This document shows, piece by piece, positions 19,613-27,078 of a DNA stretch of 64,000 nt. Source of the stretch: an uncultured Gammaproteobacteria bacterium (GTDB lineage Bacteria; Patescibacteriota; Microgenomatia; UBA8517); contig CAZYCE010000001.1 in the NCBI GenBank assembly GCA_964645605.1, forward strand, positions 128,063 to 192,062, read 5' to 3'. How positions within the stretch are numbered: the first letter of the stretch is position 1; every line of letters starts with the position of its first letter. Under the pieces are notes generated by a model. It had not been told where the DNA came from, did no database searches, and saw nothing but the letters and a program-made list of their open reading frames with translations. The position numbers and the translations under genes are program-made.

Positions 19613-21935
19613 ATCTATTAATTATACGGAAGTATTTTTTATTATAGGTTTGGTTCTGCTTCTCATTTTTCTCTTGGCTACTCTCGGCTATTCACTTTTT
19701 ATTTTTTTCAAGAATAGAGATCGGGAAAAGGGATCTGTCGACTCAGTTCTTCTGCAAGTGGCGATTCCTCGTAATAATGAAGCAAAGATCGATGTTATGG
19801 AGCAGCTTTTTGCCGGGCTTTATTCAATAAAAAAGGGAGGCTGGAAACAAAAGTTCTCGGTACAGCCGGCAATCTCTTTTGAAATTGTTGCAAGGCAGGA
19901 GGACATCCGTTTCTATGTTTGGACCCCGACCAAGCTTAAAGATCTTGTAGAAAAACAAATAAACGGAGCCTACCCCGAGGCGGAGATCTTGGAAGTTGAC
20001 GAATACAACATTTTTGAAAACGACGGCAGGGTTGCTTATAAATCTCTGCAGCTTGGCAAAAGTAATTTCTATCCGCTTAAAACATTTAAAGACTTAGCCA
20101 CCGATCCCATGCTTGGGATTACTTCGGCATTAGCAAAGATGGGTTCCGGGGATGCCGCGGTTATCCAAATTATTATTTCTCCGGCCGAAAGCGACTGGCA
20201 GAAAGAAGGGGGTAAATTTATCAGTGATACCAAAAAACAGGAAAGTGATGCCGAAAAAGCGAAGTTTTCAACATCGGGCAAGACCTTGGAGTCTGTTGAG
20301 GCCAAAATTGCCAAGCCTGGCTTTGAGACGTCATTACGGATCGTTGCCGTATCTCAAAGCGAAGAAACAGCCAAGGGTATCGTTACCAATATTGTAGGTG
20401 CTTTTGCCCAGTTTGCAGGAGATCTCAATAGTTTTAAGAGCAGAAAAATTCACCGAAAAGCATCATTTATGGAGGATTTTCTTTATAGATATCAGCCGAT
20501 GTTTAATGTTTTTGGAAATCATGTATCAATATTAAACAGCGAAGAGCTAGCAACAATTTTTCACTTTCCGAATAAACAGGTAACCACTCCACACATTTAT
20601 TGGCTTAATTCCAAAACCGCTCCGGCTCCTTCTCAAATACCCATAGAGGGACTTTATTTAGGTCTAAGTTCTTATAGAGGAATTAAAAGACCGGTTTACT
20701 TAAGTAAAAAAGATCGAATGCAACACATTTATATTATTGGAAAGACCGGTGTGGGTAAATCAGAACTATTGAAAGATTTGGTTCTGCAGGACATAAAGGC
20801 CGGAAAGGGAGTTTGTTTTATGGATCCGCACGGAGACGCGGTTGAAGATATTTTAAAGCTTATTCCACCGGAGAGGGCGGAAGATGTAGTTTATTTTAAT
20901 CCAAGTGACGTAGAACGCCCTCTTGGAATGAATCTTCTTGAGGCAAGAACTGAGGATGAAAAACATTTTGCAGCCACTTCGATAATTAATCTCATGTACA
21001 AACTCTTTGATCCTTATAAAACTGGAATTGTTGGGCCCCGTTTTGAACATGGAGTAAGAAACGCCATGCTTACGGTAATGGCCGAGCCTGGAAACACCTT
21101 TGTTGAAGTTATGCGGGCAATGACCGATGCCAGCTATGTCCAAAAACTTCTTCCCAAAGTAACAGATCCTATTGTCAGGCGCTATTGGACAGACCAAATT
21201 GCACAGACTTCAGATTTCCATAAATCTGAAGTTTTGGATTATACGGTTTCAAAATTTGGCCGTTTTGTCACAAATAAGCTGATAAGAAATATCATCGGAC
21301 AATCTCAAAGCTCATTTGATGTCAGAAAAATTATGGATGACGGAAAAATTCTTCTTATTAATTTAGCCAAGGGTACTCTCGGTGAGGAAAATAGCAACTT
21401 TTTAGGGCTTCTTCTTGTTCCAAGGATTTTAATGGCCGCAATGAGCCGGGCCAATGTTCCGATGGAGCAGAGGCGTGATTTTTACTTTTATGTCGATGAG
21501 TTTCAAAACTTTGCCACACCCGACTTTGCAGTAATTTTGTCTGAGGCCAGAAAGTATGGATTAGGGCTTTGCGTTGCCAACCAGTTCATAGGTCAAGTGG
21601 AAGAGGAAGTTAAAAATGCAGTTTTCGGAAACGTAGGTACACTTATTGCTTTTAGGGTTGGAGTGACTGATGCCAATTATCTTCAGCACGAATTCACGCC
21701 CACTTTTGGAGAGGATGATTTATTAAATGTAGAGCGCTTCCATGCGTATGTAAAAACAATTGTTAATAATGAACCGGTACCTCCATTTTCCATGGATACT
21801 ACCAAGGACATAAGCAAGCTAAAAGAAACGGAAAATCCGAGAGTTGCCGAGATAATTAAAGAAATGAGCAGACTTAAGTACGGTAGGGACGAAAAACTTG
21901 TTGAAGCGGAAATCCAAAGAAGATCAAATCTTTAG
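19599..21935 (+). CDS. Membrane-anchored VirD4/TraG/HerA-like P-loop ATPase (common CPR family)
   Basis: GKTGVGKS Walker A, DPHGD, YVDEFQNF and SEARKY; ATG 19599 follows AAGGAG. Confidence 0.88.
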   Translation: MQPLESINYTEVFFIIGLVLLLIFLLATLGYSLFIFFKNRDREKGSVDSVLLQVAIPRNNEAKIDVMEQLFAGLYSIKKGGWKQKFSVQPAISFEIVARQEDIRFYVWTPTKLKDLVEKQINGAYPEAEILEVDEYNIFENDGRVAYKSLQLGKSNFYPLKTFKDLATDPMLGITSALAKMGSGDAAVIQIIISPAESDWQKEGGKFISDTKKQESDAEKAKFSTSGKTLESVEAKIAKPGFETSLRIVAVSQSEETAKGIVTNIVGAFAQFAGDLNSFKSRKIHRKASFMEDFLYRYQPMFNVFGNHVSILNSEELATIFHFPNKQVTTPHIYWLNSKTAPAPSQIPIEGLYLGLSSYRGIKRPVYLSKKDRMQHIYIIGKTGVGKSELLKDLVLQDIKAGKGVCFMDPHGDAVEDILKLIPPERAEDVVYFNPSDVERPLGMNLLEARTEDEKHFAATSIINLMYKLFDPYKTGIVGPRFEHGVRNAMLTVMAEPGNTFVEVMRAMTDASYVQKLLPKVTDPIVRRYWTDQIAQTSDFHKSEVLDYTVSKFGRFVTNKLIRNIIGQSQSSFDVRKIMDDGKILLINLAKGTLGEENSNFLGLLLVPRILMAAMSRANVPMEQRRDFYFYVDEFQNFATPDFAVILSEARKYGLGLCVANQFIGQVEEEVKNAVFGNVGTLIAFRVGVTDANYLQHEFTPTFGEDDLLNVERFHAYVKTIVNNEPVPPFSMDTTKDISKLKETENPRVAEIIKEMSRLKYGRDEKLVEAEIQRRSNL

Positions 21936-21986
21936 TGGTTGATTTTTTTCCAGTTTTCCCATAGTATCGGGTATCAGGTATCTAAT

Positions 21987-22835
21987 ATGAATAAAATAGG
22001 CATTATCGGTAACGGATATGTAGGCACGGCTACGGGGAAGGGTTTTGCCACGAACCCTGAAAATCAGATCTTCAGTTATGATAAATATAAGGAATCTCCC
22101 AATACTTTAGATGAGGTAGTAAAAAAGTCGGGCTTTATTTTCATTTGTGTTCCTACTCCGATTTTTTCCGATTATTCGGGAATGGATATGAGTATTGTTG
22201 AAGAAGTAATCGGTGAGGTTGCCGATAGGGTTGACGGCCCGGGCAAAGTTGTAATCATCAAATCAACATCTCTTCCGGGTACTACTAAAAGAATGGCGGA
22301 AAGATATCCCCACCTTGATTTTGTTATGAATCCGGAATTCTTGACTCAGAAGAATGCAAATGCCGATTTCCTTAAGCCTTTTAGGACGGTTATTGGATGT
22401 AGTAAGAAAGAGGTGGGGGAGAAAGTGAAAGCTATCTATCAAACAATTCTTCCCTCCGATCAAAAATATATCATTACCGACACAACAAGTGCTGAATTAA
22501 TCAAGTATATGAGTAATCTAATTTTGGCTAGCAAAGTTCTCTTGGCAAATGAATTTTATGAACTTAGTAAAAAAGTTGGAGCAAATTATGCCGATGTTCA
22601 AAAAGGAGTTGAAGCTGATCCCAGGATCGGAACCCATTTAGGAGTTCCCGGACCCGATGGGGACAGGGGTTTTGGCGGAGCATGTTTTCCGAAAGATACG
22701 ATTGGGATACTGGGACTTGCCAAAAATTTAGGTGTAGATATGTCTGCACTTCGAGCTATTTGGGATAAAAATCTTAAAATTAGGAAAAATAGGGATTGGG
22801 AAAGTATGCCCCAAGCTTTTAAGAAGACAAAATGA
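21987..22835 (+). CDS. UDP-glucose/GDP-mannose dehydrogenase family, short form lacking the C-terminal domain
   Basis: GNGYVG, CVPTP, NPEFL and GFGGACFPKD motifs. Confidence 0.9.
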   Translation: MNKIGIIGNGYVGTATGKGFATNPENQIFSYDKYKESPNTLDEVVKKSGFIFICVPTPIFSDYSGMDMSIVEEVIGEVADRVDGPGKVVIIKSTSLPGTTKRMAERYPHLDFVMNPEFLTQKNANADFLKPFRTVIGCSKKEVGEKVKAIYQTILPSDQKYIITDTTSAELIKYMSNLILASKVLLANEFYELSKKVGANYADVQKGVEADPRIGTHLGVPGPDGDRGFGGACFPKDTIGILGLAKNLGVDMSALRAIWDKNLKIRKNRDWESMPQAFKKTK

Positions 22836-22901
22836 CCCAATCTGCAAATTAATGGTATAAGCTAGCTTGTTACGCTCAACGAATGTTATAATAGCCTCAT
22901 C

Positions 22902-23084
22902 AGGCTTGTCGTTTACCGGTAAGACATTACTCTTATATTAAAATTTGGGCCAGTCGTTCAACGGTTAGGACACTTGTCTTATAAACAGGTAACAAAAGTT
23001 CGACTCTTTTCTGGCCCACCAAATTTTAATGCGTCGTTAGACATCGTAAGGTAAATACAGATGGTTCAACCCCCTCCGAGCCCA
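22902..23084 (+). pseudogene. Split, degenerate tRNA (probably Ile-TAT): 5' half 22902-22937, 3' half ~23047-23084, enclosing an intact tRNA
   Basis: Acceptor AGGCTTG/CGAGCCC-A, D arm GTTT-ACCGGT-AAGAC, anticodon stem TTACT/GGTAA with CT-TAT-A, T arm GATGG-TTCAACC-CCCTC. Confidence 0.65.
22947..23021 (+). tRNA. tRNA-Ile(TAT)
   Basis: GGGCCAG/CTGGCCC acceptor, CTTGT-CT TAT AA-ACAGG anticodon arm, AAAAG-TTCGACT-CTTTT T arm, encoded CCA. Confidence 0.9.
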
Positions 23085-23107
23085 CAAATGAACGGTAACT
23101 TTAAAAT

Positions 23108-23971
23108 TTATAACTCAATGAGGGTTTGTTTCTTACCGGGCTCCGTTATCTGGGCAAGTTCAAGATAGCGCTCGGTTGTAGAAAGCCTTTTGTGCCCCGA
23201 AACCTGAGAAAGAAGAACAATATCAACTCCCGCCTTAAGATTCTCAATAATAAATGTAGTCCTCAAGTCATTAACCGAATAATTCGGAAGTTCTGCCCTT
23301 TGCATATATCTGGCAATTGATGCCCTGATATTTCTGACAGCCAGAGGTTTTCCGTTTTTACTGATAAAAACAAAAGCAGATTCGGCTTTCGGGCGGATCG
23401 ACATGTAGGCATTTAATACGTCCTTGGCTGGTTTATTAAGAGGTATGTTCCTTTCGGGTTGTGTTGCATAAGCCTCGATTTTAAGCGAGTTTTCTCCGAT
23501 ATTGGCTATTTTTAAACTAGCGACCTCTGAAATCCTTAAGCCTGTTTGTAAAATAAGCTCAATTATGGCCGCAATTCTTACATCGCTTCTTACAACATCC
23601 CTCAAGGCCCTATATTCAAGGGGGGAAAGGAACTTTGGAAGAGAACTTTCGATTTTGGGATGAGCGACAGATGCCGAAACATCCGAAGTGATGAGGTTTT
23701 CAGAAATCATCCAGCGGAAAAAAGTCTTAACGGCATTAAGCTTTCTACTTACTGACTTTGGTGTGTATTTGTCGTTCAAGAGTGTGTCACGGAATGAGTC
23801 AAGATCGTCGGGCCTAACCTGATCAGGCATGACTTTTCCGCGTCTTGTGAGGAAATCCACGAGCTGAGTTAAGTCGCTTCGGTAGGCCAGCACGGTTGCC
23901 GGAGAGCGCCTTTTTTCACTGAGCGAATCTATAAATTTCGGAAGCAGGTTTTTAATTGGTTCTTGCGCCAT
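23108..23971 (-). CDS. Tyrosine recombinase (XerC/D-like)
   Basis: SAM-like N-domain, GLRISE, NDLR (HxxR variant), GH...TT.RY. Confidence 0.9.
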   Translation of the reverse strand: MAQEPIKNLLPKFIDSLSEKRRSPATVLAYRSDLTQLVDFLTRRGKVMPDQVRPDDLDSFRDTLLNDKYTPKSVSRKLNAVKTFFRWMISENLITSDVSASVAHPKIESSLPKFLSPLEYRALRDVVRSDVRIAAIIELILQTGLRISEVASLKIANIGENSLKIEAYATQPERNIPLNKPAKDVLNAYMSIRPKAESAFVFISKNGKPLAVRNIRASIARYMQRAELPNYSVNDLRTTFIIENLKAGVDIVLLSQVSGHKRLSTTERYLELAQITEPGKKQTLIEL

Positions 23972-24053
23972 ATATAATAGCTAATTAGCAGTTTGTGAGG
24001 CCATTATAGTCCAAATTTGGAAATAGTCAATGCATTACAGGATATAATTAATT

Positions 24054-24443
24054 ATGGCAGATAAAAAGCTCGAAACCATAAAGTTAAAATTAAAGAAATT
24101 TTTGGGATATGCCACATTGGGGCTAGTGGCCTTACTTCTTATTTCTACAGTCAAAAATGTAAATCGGGTAATAAACATCAGAAAACAGGTAGAGGTAGAA
24201 AGAGAAAGGGTTGAAAAAATGCAGGCCGAAAATGTCAAGTTGCAGGCTCAGATTGCCGAGGCTCAAGGCTCAGATTTTATAGATAAACAAATAAGAAATA
24301 AGCTTGGCCTTACTAAAGAGGGTGAAACTATAGTGATACTGCCCGATGAGTCAATTTTAAAAAGCCTGGCTCCGGCACTAGTAATTGATGAGGAAACTCT
24401 ACCGGATCCCAATTGGTTGAAGTGGAAAAAACTATTTTTCTAG
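24054..24443 (+). CDS. Septum formation initiator (FtsB/DivIC family)
   Basis: TM, coiled coil and IRNKLGLTKEGE motif. Confidence 0.8.
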   Translation: MADKKLETIKLKLKKFLGYATLGLVALLLISTVKNVNRVINIRKQVEVERERVEKMQAENVKLQAQIAEAQGSDFIDKQIRNKLGLTKEGETIVILPDESILKSLAPALVIDEETLPDPNWLKWKKLFF

Positions 24444-24450
24444 CCTCGTG

Positions 24451-24744
24451 TTGCGGGGTTGGGAGTTGCGCCCAACCTGTGAGATTATGCAATCTGTAAT
24501 CTCTAATTACTTAGAGTGTCGGACTATATCATCATCCTGTGAGATACTACTACGTCTCATAGGAGCCTAGCGTCTAGTCTCTACGGACTCGCTACATTCA
24601 TATAAATTGAACGTAGATTGCCTCGGTATTGGCCTTAAATTATTAAATTAAGGGTGTCCACCGATACAGCTAAGTTCTTCCCGAAAATTACTCTTCGGGA
24701 GGCCCATTTCTACTAGCCTCACGTGCACTGTACACTACCCCGCA
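24451..24744 (-). tRNA. tRNA-Met(CAT), initiator-like, intron-containing (exons 24744-24715 and 24489-24451)
   Basis: Spliced sequence: TGCGGGG-TA-GTGT ACAGT GCAC-G-TGAGG CT^CAT AA TCTCA-CAGG-TTGGG CGCAACT CCCAA-CCCCGCA-A. Confidence 0.8.
24490..24714 (-). mobile_element. Group I intron (225 nt, no ORF) after U33 of tRNA-Met
   Basis: P1 GAGGCT/GGCCTC with U.G at the 5' splice site; P3 CTTAGC/GCTAGG; P7 from CCGTAGAGACTA and GATATAGTCC; P9 CTCTAA-GTAA-TTAGAG; terminal G. Confidence 0.9.
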
Positions 24745-24820
24745 TATATGCTAACAGCCCAAATTATAACATATTGATAAAATTTTGATAGGTACACTGT
24801 GCTATATAGTATCGCAAGTT

Positions 24821-25508
24821 ATGAATAGTTATGTTCAGAAAAATGAGGCTATTAAGTTGAGGAAACTGGGAAACAGCTATCGGAAGATGGCTAAAAAATT
24901 GAATGTATCCGCCAGTTCTATTTGTAACTGATGCGAAAATATTCAGTTGGCTCAAAAACAAAAAGATCTTTTAAAAAGAAAAACTAGAGATCTTTATTAT
25001 GAAGGCAGAGGAATTTACTTAACAAATTTAAAATACTAACAAAGCAAAAAATTGAGAGTCTTAAGAACCAAGGTATAAAAAAATCGGAAAGCTAAATAGA
25101 AGAGAATTGTTTTTGGTGGGAGCCGCTTTATATTGGGCGGAGGGTTTTAAAAAGGATGGCAAGTCGGTTTGGCTAGTCTCAATCCAACTATGATTAAATT
25201 TTTTATTAAATGGTTAGAATTATGTTTTGGATATAAATAAAAAAGAAGACCTATCTTTTAGAGTCACAGTCACTATTAGTCATAAAAACCGCATTTTAGA
25301 AATTCAAGAGTTTTGGTCGGGGGAATTGGATGTTCCATTAAAACAATTTCAAAAGCCTTTCTACCAAAATTTTAAATGGAAAAAAGTTTACGATAACCCT
25401 AATGAATATTTCGGAGCTTTGAGAGTAAAAGTTAGAAAAAGCAAAGACTTTTTGAGAAAGATCTACGGATTTATAGAAGGTTTGAGAATGCAAGCTCAAA
25501 AATGTTAG
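24821..25508 (+). pseudogene. Decayed HTH + LAGLIDADG-like endonuclease gene upstream of a tRNA locus
   Basis: Fragments AIKLRKLGNSYRKMAKKLNVSASS, ELFLVGAALYWAEGFKK, PTMIKFFIKWL, FWS..L..P..QF and YFGALRVKV; frameshifts and stops. Confidence 0.65.
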
Positions 25509-25519
25509 AATACGCATAT

Positions 25520-25678
25520 GTCAAGATAGCTCATGAGGAATTCAAATTCCAAATTTGCCAACGTAGCTCAGTGGTAGCAGCGGACGTTTCATAAGCGTCA
25601 GGTCAGAGGTTCGATCCCTCTCGTTGGCACAGCAAATTTAAAACGCCAAGGTCGAGAGTCCGAGTCTCTCCCTTGGCA
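25520..25678 (+). pseudogene. Split, degenerate tRNA (Met or Phe): 5' piece 25520-25534, 3' half ~25639-25678, enclosing an intact tRNA
   Basis: GTCAAGA-TA-GCTCAT ... AAAACGCCAAGGTC-GAGAG-TCCGAGT-CTCTC-CCTTGGC-A. Confidence 0.6.
25557..25629 (+). tRNA. tRNA-Met(CAT), probably elongator
   Basis: GCCAACG/CGTTGGC acceptor, GACGT-TT CAT AA-GCGTC, AGAGG-TTCGATC-CCTCT. Confidence 0.9.
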
Positions 25679-25688
25679 CAAAACTCAT

Positions 25689-26687
25689 ATGAAGAAACGA
25701 ATACTAACAGGGGATAGGCCGACAGGCAAAATGCACCTGGGGCACTTTGTAGGGAGCTTGAAAAATAGAGTAAAGCTTCAGGACGCTTATGACCAATTTG
25801 TGGAAATAGCCGATGTCCAGGCCTTAACCGATAACTTTGAGAATCCTCAAAAGGTCCGCGATAATGTTAAGGAGGTGCTTTTAGATTATTTGGCAGTCGG
25901 AATTGATCCTAAAAAGAGCACGATCTTTATCCAATCCATGATTCCGGAAATTGCGGAACTGACTGTTTTTTACCTCAATCTGGTTACTCTTGAAAGGGTC
26001 TTGAGAAATCCGACGGTTAAGGATGAAATAAAACAAAAAGGGTTTGAAAAAAATATTCCTGCCGGTTTTGCCATGTATCCAATTTCTCAGGCTGCAGATA
26101 TAACTGCCTTTAACGCCGATTTAATTCCGGTCGGTGCGGACCAGCTCCCTATGGTTGAACAAACGAGGGAGATTGTCAGGAAATTCAATTCTCTGTATGG
26201 GGAAATTTTTGTCCTGCCCGAGCCTCTTTTGGGAGACGTTAAGAGACTTCCTGGGATTGACGGAAACGTAAAGATGGGCAAATCTCTGGGAAATGCAATC
26301 TATCTTTCCGATTCGGAGGATGAGCTTAAAAAGAAAATAACGGGCATGTATACGGACCCTACCAGGATTCACCTGACAGATCCGGGCAAAATTGAAGGCA
26401 ACTCTGTTTTTGTCTATCACGATGTTTTTAATCCCAATAAAGCCGAGGTTGAGGATTTGAAAGAAAGATATCGGACCGGCAAGGTAGGGGATGTTGAGGT
26501 TAAAGAGAAGCTATTTATTGCAATTAATGAGTTTTTAAAGCCAATCAGAAAAAAAAGAAGCGAATTTGAAAGTAAAGACTCGCTTCTTGATCAAATTTTA
26601 ATTGACGGCAATGCCCGCGCACGCGAGGTCGCAAAAGAGACAATGAAGAAAGTTAAAAAGGTTATGAAAATTGATTATTTCGGTTAA
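25689..26687 (+). CDS. trpS: Tryptophanyl-tRNA synthetase
   Basis: TGDRPTGKMHLGH, QAADI, PVGADQ and KMGKS motifs. Confidence 0.97.
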   Translation: MKKRILTGDRPTGKMHLGHFVGSLKNRVKLQDAYDQFVEIADVQALTDNFENPQKVRDNVKEVLLDYLAVGIDPKKSTIFIQSMIPEIAELTVFYLNLVTLERVLRNPTVKDEIKQKGFEKNIPAGFAMYPISQAADITAFNADLIPVGADQLPMVEQTREIVRKFNSLYGEIFVLPEPLLGDVKRLPGIDGNVKMGKSLGNAIYLSDSEDELKKKITGMYTDPTRIHLTDPGKIEGNSVFVYHDVFNPNKAEVEDLKERYRTGKVGDVEVKEKLFIAINEFLKPIRKKRSEFESKDSLLDQILIDGNARAREVAKETMKKVKKVMKIDYFG

Positions 26688-26688
26688 T

Positions 26689-27057
26689 ATGGATAATATT
26701 TCCTACGACAAATTTGAACAGGTTAATATAAGGATTGGAACTGTTATTGAGGCAACAGTTCCGGAGTGGAGCCATTGGGTGATGAAACTCAAGGTGGATT
26801 TTGGCCGTGAAATTGGGGAAAAACAGTGTTTCTCGGGAATTATGAAGTTTTATAGACCGGAGGACGTAATCGGCAAACAGTTTCCGTTTGTCATAAATCT
26901 GGAACCTAGAAAAATGGGTCCCAAAAAAGAGGTATCTGAGGCAATGATGATTATGGCTGCACCCGGGGATGAACTACCTGGGGCGGAAGCTGAAGAAATT
27001 GCCCCAATTCTTTTCGAACTTCAGGCTAAAGTAGCAGACGGGACAAAAGTGCGCTAA
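26689..27057 (+). CDS. tRNA-binding OB-fold protein (CsaA/Trbp111 family)
   Basis: IRIGTV...LKVDFG...NLEPRKMG...SEAM pattern. Confidence 0.85.
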   Translation: MDNISYDKFEQVNIRIGTVIEATVPEWSHWVMKLKVDFGREIGEKQCFSGIMKFYRPEDVIGKQFPFVINLEPRKMGPKKEVSEAMMIMAAPGDELPGAEAEEIAPILFELQAKVADGTKVR

Positions 27058-27078
27058 TAGTGTACAATTAACGCTCGT

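Noticed and set aside
19599-21935. Conjugative element implied by the VirD4-like ATPase
   Set aside because: No relaxase, VirB4/VirB6 or att boundaries nearby; it sits in a housekeeping operon, as is usual for this CPR family.
23108-23971. Prophage or ICE integrase at a tRNA
   Set aside because: No arm-binding domain, no cargo genes, and no exact duplicate of the tRNA-Ile 3' end seen in the window.
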